Shown here one piece after another: positions 1-13,528 of a stretch of 64,000 nucleotides of DNA (the first letter of the stretch is position 1; every line of letters starts with the position of its first letter). The stretch is taken from the NCBI GenBank assembly GCA_902802575.1, contig CADCMN010000014.1:3793-67792 (forward strand). The letters run 5' to 3'. This DNA comes from an uncultured Eubacteriales bacterium (lineage in GTDB: Bacteria > Bacillota > Clostridia > Christensenellales > CAG-138). The notes beneath the pieces are model-generated. The model saw only the letters and a list, made by a program, of their open reading frames with translations. It was not told the DNA's origin and searched no databases. The position numbers and the translations under genes were made by a program.

Positions 1-1038
1 AAACGCCTGACGCCCTTTGTGCCGCTGCTGCTCCTCGGCGCTTTGCTGCTCTTCCCCGGCGCCGCCCTTGCCGGGGCGAAACGGGGACTCGATATCTGGT
101 GGGGCAGCGTTTTTTCAGCCCTGCTGCCCTGTCTGATCGCGGTGAGATCGGCTCAGGCGCTGGGGATTCTGGGCCTGGCCGCCCGTCATCCCCGGGGCAA
201 ACTGGCCGCCGTGCTCAGCTTCTCCCTGCTTTCCGGGGCCCCCAACGGCGCGAAGCTCCTGCACGCCCTTGTGGAGGACGGCAGCCTTTCCCCATGGGAG
301 GGGCAGCGGCTGGCGCCCTTTGTCAACAGCGTCAGTCCGGCGTTTCTGCTCTCCATCATAGCATCGGAGCTGCTGAAAAACAAGGCCCTGTTCGGACCCA
401 TGGCCGCAGGCTTCTACGGTTGTATCCTGTGCTGCCTTGTCCCTGCGGTATTTCGTCGGCACGATCCCTCTTCGCCCATCCATCCCCCGCAGGCAAAGGC
501 AATTCCGTTTTCAGACGCCATCTCCTCGGCCATAGAGGGCAGCATGCTGGATATGCTGCGCATCGGCGGCTGCATCGTCTTCTCCTGCACTCTGCTCTCC
601 CTCATTCAGCCGTTTGCGGCCCGGGAATCCCTGTTCGCCGTCTTTTCGGGTCTTATTGAGGTGAGTACCGGCACCTCGACCATCGCCGCCCTGGCGTTGC
701 CCCTGCGTCTTAAAGTCAGCCTTCTGACGAGCGCTGCCGCCTTCGGGGGGATGTCCCTGGCTTTGCAGACAGCATGCTGCTATCCTGCGCTGAAGCTTGG
801 CCCCTATCTCTTGGGGAAGCTGGCCTTGGGCGTCCTGTCTGGCGCCGCCTGCTATCTTCTGTTCCCCCTGTTCCCCAGCGTATCAGCGGCCTTTGCCAGC
901 CGTCAGACGGTGATCTCCCGAAGCCTGTCTCTCAGCGCTTTGCTCCTTTCCTCCGCTCTCTCCGTCGCCTTCGTGGGCGTCCTGGGGCTGATGATGAGTG
1001 CAAAAAACAGAAAAATGCAGATTGTTGCAAAAGAATGA
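1..1038 (+). CDS. ylbJ: YlbJ-like sporulation integral membrane protein (nucleoside-recognition gate family), probably 5'-truncated by the window edge
   Basis: Highly hydrophobic ORF with YlbJ-type motifs ([34 protein letters not shown]). Frame is open from position 1. Confidence 0.7.
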   Translation, partial: KRLTPFVPLLLLGALLLFPGAALAGAKRGLDIWWGSVFSALLPCLIAVRSAQALGILGLAARHPRGKLAAVLSFSLLSGAPNGAKLLHALVEDGSLSPWEGQRLAPFVNSVSPAFLLSIIASELLKNKALFGPMAAGFYGCILCCLVPAVFRRHDPSSPIHPPQAKAIPFSDAISSAIEGSMLDMLRIGGCIVFSCTLLSLIQPFAARESLFAVFSGLIEVSTGTSTIAALALPLRLKVSLLTSAAAFGGMSLALQTACCYPALKLGPYLLGKLALGVLSGAACYLLFPLFPSVSAAFASRQTVISRSLSLSALLLSSALSVAFVGVLGLMMSAKNRKMQIVAKE

Positions 1039-1067
1039 TTGCCTTTTTTTCGGATATCGGGTATACT
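1039..1067 (+). promoter_or_regulatory. Sigma-A promoter of guaB
   Basis: TTGCCT-17bp-TATACT upstream of GAGGAGG RBS. Confidence 0.55.
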
Positions 1068-1094
1068 TGGGCAAATCATTTTGAGGAGGGCAAC

Positions 1095-2600
1095 ATGGCT
1101 TATTACTTCAGCGAACCGTCTCATACCTTCTCCGAGTATCTGCTCGTTCCCGGTTATTCTTCCTCGGCCTGCACGCCTCAGAACGTGTCTTTGGTCACTC
1201 CCCTGTGCAAGTTCAAGATGAATGAGGCCCCGGCCCTGACCATGAACATCCCCCTGGTCTCCGCCGTGATGCAGTCCGTGTCCGGCGAAAAGCTGGCGGC
1301 GGCCCTGGCAAGGGAAGGCGGCGTGTCCTTCATCTTCGTGTCCCAGACCATCGAGAGCCAGGCGGCCATGGTCCGGGCGGTGAAGAAGTGCAAGTCCGGC
1401 TTCGTTCGCAGCGATTCCAACGTGACCCCCGAATCCACGCTGAGCGATGTGATCGCCCTCAAGGAGCGCACGGGCCACTCCACCATCGCCGTCACCGCTG
1501 ACGGCACCCCCGATGGGAAGCTGTTGGGCATGGTCACCAGCCGGGACTATCGCGTGAGCCGCATGAGCCCGGATACCCCCGTCCGGGAGTTCATGACCCC
1601 CTTCTCCTCCCTGGTATACGCCTATGAGGGCGTGAGCCTTCGGGAGGCCAACGACATCATCTGGGAGCACAAGCTCAACACCCTGCCCGTCATCACCCGG
1701 GACGGCTGCATGTCCTCCTTTGTGTTCCGCAAGGACTACGACGCCCACAAGGACAACCCCCTGGAGCTGCTGGACGACCACAAGCGGTACGTGGTGGGCG
1801 CAGGCGTCAATACCCGTGACTATGAAAAGCGCATCCCCGCCCTCATCGAAGCCGGAGCAGACATCCTCTGTATCGACTCCTCCGAGGGTTTCACCGAGTG
1901 GCAGCAGCGCACTATCGACTTCGTCCGCCGGAACTACGGCGATTCCGTGAAGATCGGCGCGGGCAACGTGGTGGACGGAGACGGGTTCCGCTTTCTGGCG
2001 GAGGCCGGCGCCGACTTTGTGAAGGTGGGCATCGGCGGCGGCAGCATCTGCATCACCCGGGAGACCAAGGGCATCGGCCGCGGCCAGGCCACTGCCGTGC
2101 AGGACGTGGCGGCCGCCCGGGACGAGTATCTGAAGAAGACCGGCGTCTACGTGCCGGTGTGCGCCGACGGCGGCATCGTTCAGGATTACCATGTGACGCT
2201 GGCCCTGGCCATGGGCGCGGATTTCTGCATGCTGGGCCGATACTTCGCCCGGTTCGACGAGAGCCCCACCAACAAGGTCCTTATCAACGGCAGCTACATG
2301 AAGGAATACTGGGGCGAAGGCAGCGCCCGTGCCCGGAACTGGCAGCGGTACGACAACGGCGGCGACAAGAAGCTGACCTTCGAGGAGGGCGTGGATTCCT
2401 ATGTGCCCTACGCCGGCCCTCTGCACAACAACGTGGAGACCACTCTCCACAAGGTCCGGTCCACCATGTGCAACTGCGGCGCCACCACTATCGCCGAACT
2501 TCGGGAAAAGGCTCGCCTCACCCTGGTCTCCCCCGCCTCCATGGTGGAGGGCGGCGCCCACGACGTGCTCCAGAAGGACAGCCGGTACTTCGCGAACTAA
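1095..2600 (+). CDS. guaB: IMP dehydrogenase with CBS pair
   Basis: [13 protein letters not shown] catalytic Cys loop, ADGGI, YWGEGS, EEGVD. GAGGAGG RBS before ATG 1095. Confidence 0.95.
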   Translation: MAYYFSEPSHTFSEYLLVPGYSSSACTPQNVSLVTPLCKFKMNEAPALTMNIPLVSAVMQSVSGEKLAAALAREGGVSFIFVSQTIESQAAMVRAVKKCKSGFVRSDSNVTPESTLSDVIALKERTGHSTIAVTADGTPDGKLLGMVTSRDYRVSRMSPDTPVREFMTPFSSLVYAYEGVSLREANDIIWEHKLNTLPVITRDGCMSSFVFRKDYDAHKDNPLELLDDHKRYVVGAGVNTRDYEKRIPALIEAGADILCIDSSEGFTEWQQRTIDFVRRNYGDSVKIGAGNVVDGDGFRFLAEAGADFVKVGIGGGSICITRETKGIGRGQATAVQDVAAARDEYLKKTGVYVPVCADGGIVQDYHVTLALAMGADFCMLGRYFARFDESPTNKVLINGSYMKEYWGEGSARARNWQRYDNGGDKKLTFEEGVDSYVPYAGPLHNNVETTLHKVRSTMCNCGATTIAELREKARLTLVSPASMVEGGAHDVLQKDSRYFAN

Positions 2601-2624
2601 ACAAAAATTTCTCTGAAAAAATCC

Positions 2625-2652
2625 TTGCTTTTTTCTCTCGGATGTGTATAAT
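2625..2652 (+). promoter_or_regulatory. Sigma-A promoter of tRNA-Ala
   Basis: TTGCTT-16bp-TATAAT with an AT-rich UP element. Confidence 0.6.
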
Positions 2653-2671
2653 ACTTATTGCGTTCATTCGA

Positions 2672-2747
2672 GGGGCATTAGCACAGTTGGTAGCGCGCAA
2701 CGTTCGCAATGTTGAGGTCAGGGGTTCGAATCCCCTATGCTCCACCA
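2672..2747 (+). tRNA. tRNA-Ala (anticodon CGC)
   Basis: 76-nt cloverleaf: acceptor GGGGCAT/ATGCTCC with G3:U70, anticodon arm CAACG-TTCGCAA-TGTTG, T-arm AGGGG-TTCGAAT-CCCCT, encoded CCA. Confidence 0.97.
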
Positions 2748-2777
2748 AAAAACAGCCCATCCGGGTGGTTGTTTTTT
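2747..2777 (+). terminator. Intrinsic terminator after tRNA-Ala
   Basis: AAAAAACAGCC...GGTTGTTTTTT hairpin with T-tract. Confidence 0.75.
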
Positions 2778-2791
2778 GCTGTCTCATTTCT

Positions 2792-3050
2792 GGGGATTCG
2801 AACGGGTCCGGTAGTGAATCAGGCCACAGTGTGGCCTGAGAGCCGGACCCCGACCAAGCCCGCAGGCGCGAATTCGAATCCCCTATGCCTTGATTCGAAC
2901 GGGCGCAGAAGTGAATGAAGCCCCAGTGGGGCTTCAGAGCCTCCCCTGGGCTTCGCCCGGCCTTGCTGAAAAAGCCGCGCTGTGGCGTTTTCCTGGCGCT
3001 CGGCCCCCCTCCCAAGCCCACAGGCGCGAATTCGAATCCCCTATGCTCCA
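2792..3050. repeat. Two tandem tRNA-T-loop-associated hairpin elements (REP/MITE-like), each ending in a copy of the tRNA-Ala 3' end
   Basis: Units at about 2795-2888 and 2892-3050 share GATTCGAACGGG-N6-AGTGAA-[9-bp stem, AGT loop]-GAGCC...CCAAGCCCRCAGGCGCGAA-TTCGAATCCCCTATGC. The last 16 and 20 bp match tRNA 2725-2740 and 2725-2744. Confidence 0.85.
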
Positions 3051-3499
3051 TACCTTTCCATTATTATAAATAACTCATCCGTGTCATCCACCCGCTGCCG
3101 ATGCTCCGTCATGCAGAAGCCGTGGCGCTCATAAAGGCGGATGGCGCCGGGATTCTTCTCGAGAACAAGCAGACGCCTGGCCCGGGTGTGCCGGAGAGCA
3201 TGCTCCAGCAAAGCGCTGCCAACGCCCTTGTTATGAAAAACGGGTTCCACAAACAGCTTTTCGATCTCGTCCCCGTTGATCCGAATGAAACCCTTCACCA
3301 CACCGTCGTCAAAGACATAGGTGTGTTCGATCTTATCCGGCTGATCCAGATATTCCCGCATCAAAACAGGCACGTTCAGCTCCGAGAAAAAATAAGCGTC
3401 GTTTCGAAACAGCGGATAGAAGTGAAGACGGTAGTTAACTATTTCTATCTCCGCAAGGCGGCAACTGTCGCCCGGGACGGCTTTACGGATGCAGGACAT
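3041..3499 (-). CDS. GNAT family N-acetyltransferase
   Basis: LFVEPVFHNKGVGSALL acetyl-CoA motif A and N..AIRLYERHGF motif B. AAGGAG RBS. Confidence 0.9.
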   Translation of the reverse strand: MSCIRKAVPGDSCRLAEIEIVNYRLHFYPLFRNDAYFFSELNVPVLMREYLDQPDKIEHTYVFDDGVVKGFIRINGDEIEKLFVEPVFHNKGVGSALLEHALRHTRARRLLVLEKNPGAIRLYERHGFCMTEHRQRVDDTDELFIIMERYGA

Positions 3500-3675
3500 G
3501 GTCGTGGCTCCTTATATTGTACTGTCTATACTGTAACGCAACCGGTCGTCATTTGCAAACGGTTTTCCCTCGCCCCCCCTCTTTGAACGATTCGCGCGAT
3601 CGCCATTTCGCGCCGCCCAATTCAAAATAGCACGGTATTTCAATATGTTTTACTTTTTTTTAGCAAAGGATTCTA

Positions 3676-3704
3676 TTGTCAAATCCTCTTTTTTTTGATA
3701 TAGT
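3676..3704 (+). promoter_or_regulatory. Sigma-A promoter of the DUF4364-pcrA-ligA operon
   Basis: TTGTCA-17bp-TATAGT with extended -10 TG. Confidence 0.65.
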
Positions 3705-3730
3705 GTTCAATAATAGGGGGAAAAAAGGGT

Positions 3731-4264
3731 ATGCCGAATTTCTTGGAGGGTCTTCCCAAGGAGAAAGTGCAGCTGCTGTACATCCTGAAAGCCGCCCGGA
3801 CGGAGCTGACGGAGCAGCAGTTCTATCAGTGCGCCTATGAGTGCGCGGGCATGACATGGTTTTCCTTCCACGATGTGGTGGGCGATCTGGAGCAAAACGG
3901 GGACATCGTCTATGAGCGCCGCCCTTTCGGCGCCTGCGCCTATTTGACGGAACAGGGAAAAATGACCCTGGCCATGTTTGAAAAGGGCCTTACGTACTCC
4001 CTTAGGGAAAGCATCGACGCGTATATGAAGCGGGCCGCCTCCCAGTTTCGCCAGGAGCGGGAGCTGGTCTCCCAGGATGAACCGCTTCCCGGCGGCGGCA
4101 TACTGGTCCGTCTCAAAGCTCTGGAGGGAGATCGGGTGCTGCTGGAGATCGACATGACAGTAGCCTCTCTGGAGGAATCGCTGACCATACGAAAGAACTG
4201 GCAGCAGCAGAGCATGCAGCTGTACGATACCATTTACGACGCACTGACGAACAAGGAAGAGTAG
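3731..4264 (+). CDS. DUF4364 family protein (wHTH-like)
   Basis: LLYIL...LT..Q, YLTEQGK.TL..F and C-terminal NW....LY..I pattern typical of clostridial DUF4364. Confidence 0.75.
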   Translation: MPNFLEGLPKEKVQLLYILKAARTELTEQQFYQCAYECAGMTWFSFHDVVGDLEQNGDIVYERRPFGACAYLTEQGKMTLAMFEKGLTYSLRESIDAYMKRAASQFRQERELVSQDEPLPGGGILVRLKALEGDRVLLEIDMTVASLEESLTIRKNWQQQSMQLYDTIYDALTNKEE

Positions 4265-4272
4265 GGATCGAA

Positions 4273-9423
<5,151 letters not shown>

Positions 9424-9432
9424 GATTGGTAC

Positions 9433-9462
9433 TTGCACAGATAAGCGTTTCTATGCTATAAT
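9433..9462 (+). promoter_or_regulatory. Sigma-A promoter of yicC-gmk-rpoZ
   Basis: TTGCAC-18bp-TATAAT with extended TG. Confidence 0.6.
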
Positions 9463-9485
9463 GATATAGTTTTGGGAGGTAGCTT

Positions 9486-10361
9486 ATGTACAGCATGACC
9501 GGATACGGACGCGGTATGGCGTCCAAAGAGGGCCGCGAGCTCACCATTGAGCTCAAAAGCGTCAATAACCGGTTCTTGGATATCGGCATGAAACTGCCCC
9601 GCCAGCTTTCCTTTTTGGAGGACAGCCTGCGCAAGCTCCTCAACGACGCCCTGAGCCGAGGCCACGTGGATGTGTTCGTCAACTACCGGAACCTTCGGAG
9701 CGACGCAAAGACCGTTCGGGTGGACGAAGCCCTGCTCAAGGCCTATCTTGCCTCCGCCCGGGAGAGCGCCCAAGACCTGGGTCTGACGGACGATCTCACC
9801 CTGTCTCGAGTCCTGACTCTGCCCGATGTGACCACCATCCTGCCCGCCGACGAGGATCAGCAGGCTTTGGCGGATCTGGGCCGGGAAGCCATGACCATGG
9901 CCATCGAAAACCTGAAGGCCATGCGTCTTAAGGAGGGCGAACGGCTGAAGCTGGATCTGTCTGCCCGCATGGACGCCATGACCGGCTTTGCCGCCGCCAT
10001 CGAGAAACGGGCTCCCGCCGTTGCGGAGGAATACCGGACGAAGCTCACCGCCCGCATCGAGGAAATGCTCGGCGAGACCGAGGTGGACCGGTCCCGTCTC
10101 GCCACAGAGGTGGCAATTTTCGCTGATCGGGCTGCCATCGACGAGGAGATCGTGCGGCTCAACACCCACCTGATCCACTTCAGGGAGCTGCTGGCAGCCG
10201 GCGAGCCCGTGGGCCGGAAAATGGATTTTTTGGTCCAGGAGATGAATCGGGAGTGCAACACCATCGGATCGAAGGCCAACGACGCGGAGCTCACCAGCAT
10301 CGTGCTGCTCTGCAAGGCTGAGATCGAAAAGCTGCGGGAGCAGATCCAAAATATCGAATGA
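9486..10361 (+). CDS. yloC: YicC/YloC family endoribonuclease
   Basis: SMTGYGR, KSVNNRFLD, GRKMDFLVQEMNRECNTIGSK, EKLREQIQNIE. Confidence 0.93.
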   Translation: MYSMTGYGRGMASKEGRELTIELKSVNNRFLDIGMKLPRQLSFLEDSLRKLLNDALSRGHVDVFVNYRNLRSDAKTVRVDEALLKAYLASARESAQDLGLTDDLTLSRVLTLPDVTTILPADEDQQALADLGREAMTMAIENLKAMRLKEGERLKLDLSARMDAMTGFAAAIEKRAPAVAEEYRTKLTARIEEMLGETEVDRSRLATEVAIFADRAAIDEEIVRLNTHLIHFRELLAAGEPVGRKMDFLVQEMNRECNTIGSKANDAELTSIVLLCKAEIEKLREQIQNIE

Positions 10362-10375
10362 GAGAGGGGAATCCC

Positions 10376-10999
10376 ATGAAAGAGCAGAGAAACGGGTTAC
10401 TATTGGTTGTTTCCGGGCCTTCCGGTGTGGGCAAAGGGACGCTGGTCAAGGCCCTCATGGAGCGCAACAGCCGGATCAAAACGTCCGTGTCCGCCACCAC
10501 CCGCGCGCCCCGTCCCGGAGAGATCGACGGCATCCACTACTTCTTCAAAACGGAGGAGGAGTTCAAAGGCATGGTGGATCGGGGCGAGTTTCTGGAATAT
10601 ATCCACGTGTTCGGCAGCAAGTACTATGGCACCCCCCGTACCTTTGTGGAACAGCAGCTCTCGGAAGGGTACGACGTGATTTTGGAGATCGACGTCCAGG
10701 GCGCCATGAAGGTGAAGCAGGCCTTCCCCGACGCGGTGCTGATCTTCATCACCGCCCCCAGCATGAGCGAGATCAAATCCCGTCTCATCGGCCGGGGCAC
10801 GGAGACCATGGAACAGGTGGAGAAACGTTTTGCCACCGCCTTTGAGGAGATCAAGATGATCCCTCATTACGACTATGTGGTGGTCAACGACATGATCGAC
10901 AAGGCCGTTCACCACCTGGAGGCCATTTTGGAAGCGGAACGGTGTCGCACCGGCCGCAGCGCATATTTGACGGAAGCAATCGAGGAAATTGGGAGGTAA
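10376..10999 (+). CDS. gmk: Guanylate kinase
   Basis: SGPSGVGKGT, SATTRAPRPGE, YYGTP, ILEIDVQGA. Confidence 0.95.
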   Translation: MKEQRNGLLLVVSGPSGVGKGTLVKALMERNSRIKTSVSATTRAPRPGEIDGIHYFFKTEEEFKGMVDRGEFLEYIHVFGSKYYGTPRTFVEQQLSEGYDVILEIDVQGAMKVKQAFPDAVLIFITAPSMSEIKSRLIGRGTETMEQVEKRFATAFEEIKMIPHYDYVVVNDMIDKAVHHLEAILEAERCRTGRSAYLTEAIEEIGR

Positions 11000-11005
11000 A
11001 CCATT

Positions 11006-11200
11006 ATGATGAATCGTCCGCCGGTCATGGAATTGGCTCAGAAAGCCGGTTCCCGTTATCAGTTGGTGACCGCTGTCGCCAACCGGGCCCGTCAACTGCA
11101 GGATGATCCTGACACCCTGGGGAACAACAAGCCCCTGTCCATGGCTGTGGAAGAGCTGTATGAGGATAAGCTCATCGTCATTCCCTCCAAGGAGGCGTAA
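11006..11200 (+). CDS. rpoZ: RNA polymerase omega subunit
   Basis: SRYQLVTAVANRARQL...KPLSMAVEEL, directly after gmk. Confidence 0.92.
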   Translation: MMNRPPVMELAQKAGSRYQLVTAVANRARQLQDDPDTLGNNKPLSMAVEELYEDKLIVIPSKEA

Positions 11201-11220
11201 GGAGATCCTACACTGACCTG

Positions 11221-11257
11221 GCCCGCTTCGCACCAAGTTACGAAGCGGGCATTCTTT
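11221..11257 (+). terminator. Putative intrinsic terminator after rpoZ
   Basis: Perfect 10-bp stem GCCCGCTTCG/CGAAGCGGGC followed by ATTCTTT. Confidence 0.55.
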
Positions 11258-11292
11258 ACATGAGTGAAACGCACGCCGAAAGGAGGGATCGG

Positions 11293-13512
11293 ATGTTTGC
11301 CAAGGTGATCGTGGATATCGCTCACGCGGCGGTGGATCGGGCATTCACCTATCGCATCCCCGAGGGGTTGGAGGTCCTCCCCGGCCATCATGTGCTCCTT
11401 CCTTTTGGGCAGGGCAACCATGTGAAGGAAGGTTTTGTCCTGTCCGTCTCGGAAAAAAGCGGACTGGGAGAGGATGTGTCCGTCAAGGACGTGCTCTCCT
11501 GCCTGGAGCCCTACACGGTGCTGCTGCAGTCGCAGATCGCTCTGGCCGAATGGATGCAGGAGGCCTACCACTGTCTGCTGGTGGACGCCCTTCGGCTCAT
11601 GATCCCGGCCCAGCTTCGGGGCAGCCGCATCCATGAAAAGCGGGAGCGGATCGTGTATCTTGCCGATCCTGCCGCCGACTTTGCATCCAGATCCCATCTG
11701 CAGACGGAAGTGGTGGCCCTGCTCAAAAAAACCGGCCAACCCATGTCTGTGCGGGACATCCAGGCGTTTGTGCCCGGCGCCTCGGCGGCCATCACCGCTC
11801 TGCTCAAAAAACGGGTGCTGTCGGAGAGCAGCTTCACTGTGTTCCGCCGTCCGGAGTACGGCGCGCAGCAGGTAAACATCCCTGAGCTCACCCCGGAACA
11901 GGATCAAGCCCTGACCGATGTGGAATCCCTCTCTTCCGGCCAGACAGCCCTGCTGTACGGCGTCACGGGCAGCGGCAAGACGGAGGTGTATCTGCGGTGC
12001 ATCGAAGCGTGTCTGCAAAGAGGCCAGGGCGCCATCGTGCTGGTACCGGAGATCGCTCTGACGCCCCAGACCGTAGGCCGGTTTGCCGCCCGCTTTGGGG
12101 ACAGGATCGCGGTGCTCCACAGCCGCCTGTCCGCCGGGGAGCGGTTCGACGAATGGCGGCGCATCCGCCTGGGCAAAGCCTCCATCGTCATCGGCGCCCG
12201 CAGCGCCGTGTTCGCGCCCGTGGAAAACCTGGGCCTCATCATCATCGACGAGGAGCACGAATCGAGCTATCAAAGCGAGATCACGCCCCGGTATCATGCG
12301 TTGGACATCGCCCGGCGGCGGGTCAAGATGAGCCAAGGCAGGCTCCTGCTGGGCAGCGCCACGCCCTCGTTGCTGAGCTATTACCGTGCTCTGAACGGCA
12401 GCTATAAGCTCATAGAGCTGAAGCATCGGGTGGGGGGACGGCCCCTGCCCACGGTGACCATCGCTGATATGCGGGCTGAGTTTTTGAACGGCAACAACGG
12501 CATCTTTTCCTCCTTGCTGCTTTCAAAGCTGGGAGAATGCCTAAGGCAGGGGCACCAGGCCATGCTGTTCCTCAATCGGCGGGGATACTCCACCTTCGTC
12601 TCCTGCAGAGCCTGCGGCTATGTGTTGACCTGCGACAACTGCGACATCTCTATGACCTACCATAAAGCGCAGAACGCGGTCCGCTGCCACTACTGCGGAG
12701 CTCGAAAACCGCTGCCGTCCGTCTGCCCCAACTGCGGCAAGCCCTTCATCAAATACTTTGGTATCGGTACGGAACAGGTGGAGGAACAGATACAGAAATG
12801 GTTCCCCGGCACGCGCACGGCCCGCATGGATGCGGATACGGTGGCCCATCGGGACGCCTATGAACAGATCCTGTCCGCTTTCGGACGGGGAGATGCTCAG
12901 ATCCTCATCGGCACGCAGATGATCGCCAAAGGCCACGACTTCCCCAACGTGACGCTGGTGGGCGTGATCGCCGCCGACACCACGCTGAACTTCCCCGATT
13001 ACCGCAGCGGCGAACGGACCTTCCAGCTCCTGACCCAGGTTTCCGGTCGGGCGGGGCGGGACAGGAGCCCGGGACAGGTGGTCATGCAAACCTATGTGCC
13101 CGATCACCCCGTGCTCCAATTTGCCCGGGTCCAGGATTACGCAGGGTTCTACCAGTATGAGATCGCTCAGCGAAAAAAATGCCTCTACCCTCCCTTCTCC
13201 CTGTTCATCCGGCTGCTGCTCTCCGGTGAAAACGAGGACGCCCTGATCGAACGAGGGAAGGAATACGCCAAGGTGCTGGAGGCGGACATAAAAACAGCCC
13301 TCGGCGCAGACGGACAGGGCGACCTGCTGCTGTTGCTCGCCGCCCCCGCTCCCATTGCCCGTATCGCCGGGCAGAACCGGTATCAGATATTGGTGAAGCT
13401 CCTCCGGACCAAGCGGCTTCCCCAGGCTCTTCACGCCGTGTATGACTTTGAGACCTCCCACCGGGAGGATGGTTTTTTGAAGATCGAGATCAATCCACAG
13501 GATATGTTTTAG
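11293..13512 (+). CDS. priA: Primosomal protein N' (replication restart helicase)
   Basis: GVTGSGKTEVY, LVPEIALTPQ, IIDEEHE, LNRRGYS plus two Cys-rich Zn motifs, GTQMIAKG. AGGAGG RBS. Confidence 0.95.
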   Translation: MFAKVIVDIAHAAVDRAFTYRIPEGLEVLPGHHVLLPFGQGNHVKEGFVLSVSEKSGLGEDVSVKDVLSCLEPYTVLLQSQIALAEWMQEAYHCLLVDALRLMIPAQLRGSRIHEKRERIVYLADPAADFASRSHLQTEVVALLKKTGQPMSVRDIQAFVPGASAAITALLKKRVLSESSFTVFRRPEYGAQQVNIPELTPEQDQALTDVESLSSGQTALLYGVTGSGKTEVYLRCIEACLQRGQGAIVLVPEIALTPQTVGRFAARFGDRIAVLHSRLSAGERFDEWRRIRLGKASIVIGARSAVFAPVENLGLIIIDEEHESSYQSEITPRYHALDIARRRVKMSQGRLLLGSATPSLLSYYRALNGSYKLIELKHRVGGRPLPTVTIADMRAEFLNGNNGIFSSLLLSKLGECLRQGHQAMLFLNRRGYSTFVSCRACGYVLTCDNCDISMTYHKAQNAVRCHYCGARKPLPSVCPNCGKPFIKYFGIGTEQVEEQIQKWFPGTRTARMDADTVAHRDAYEQILSAFGRGDAQILIGTQMIAKGHDFPNVTLVGVIAADTTLNFPDYRSGERTFQLLTQVSGRAGRDRSPGQVVMQTYVPDHPVLQFARVQDYAGFYQYEIAQRKKCLYPPFSLFIRLLLSGENEDALIERGKEYAKVLEADIKTALGADGQGDLLLLLAAPAPIARIAGQNRYQILVKLLRTKRLPQALHAVYDFETSHREDGFLKIEINPQDMF

Positions 13513-13528
13513 ATAATTGAGGTATAGA

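Noticed and set aside
903-2561. 552-aa ORF antisense to guaB
   Set aside because: Shadow ORF caused by high-GC codon bias; no motifs.
2792-3050. Possible CRISPR array or second tRNA gene
   Set aside because: Only two long units with no regular repeat-spacer period and no cas genes. The copies contain only the T-arm half and acceptor 3' strand and cannot form a cloverleaf.
2518-3051. 177-aa minus-strand ORF across the tRNA and repeats
   Set aside because: Antisense to the tRNA; its repeated EHRGFE peptide merely reflects the tRNA-end copies.
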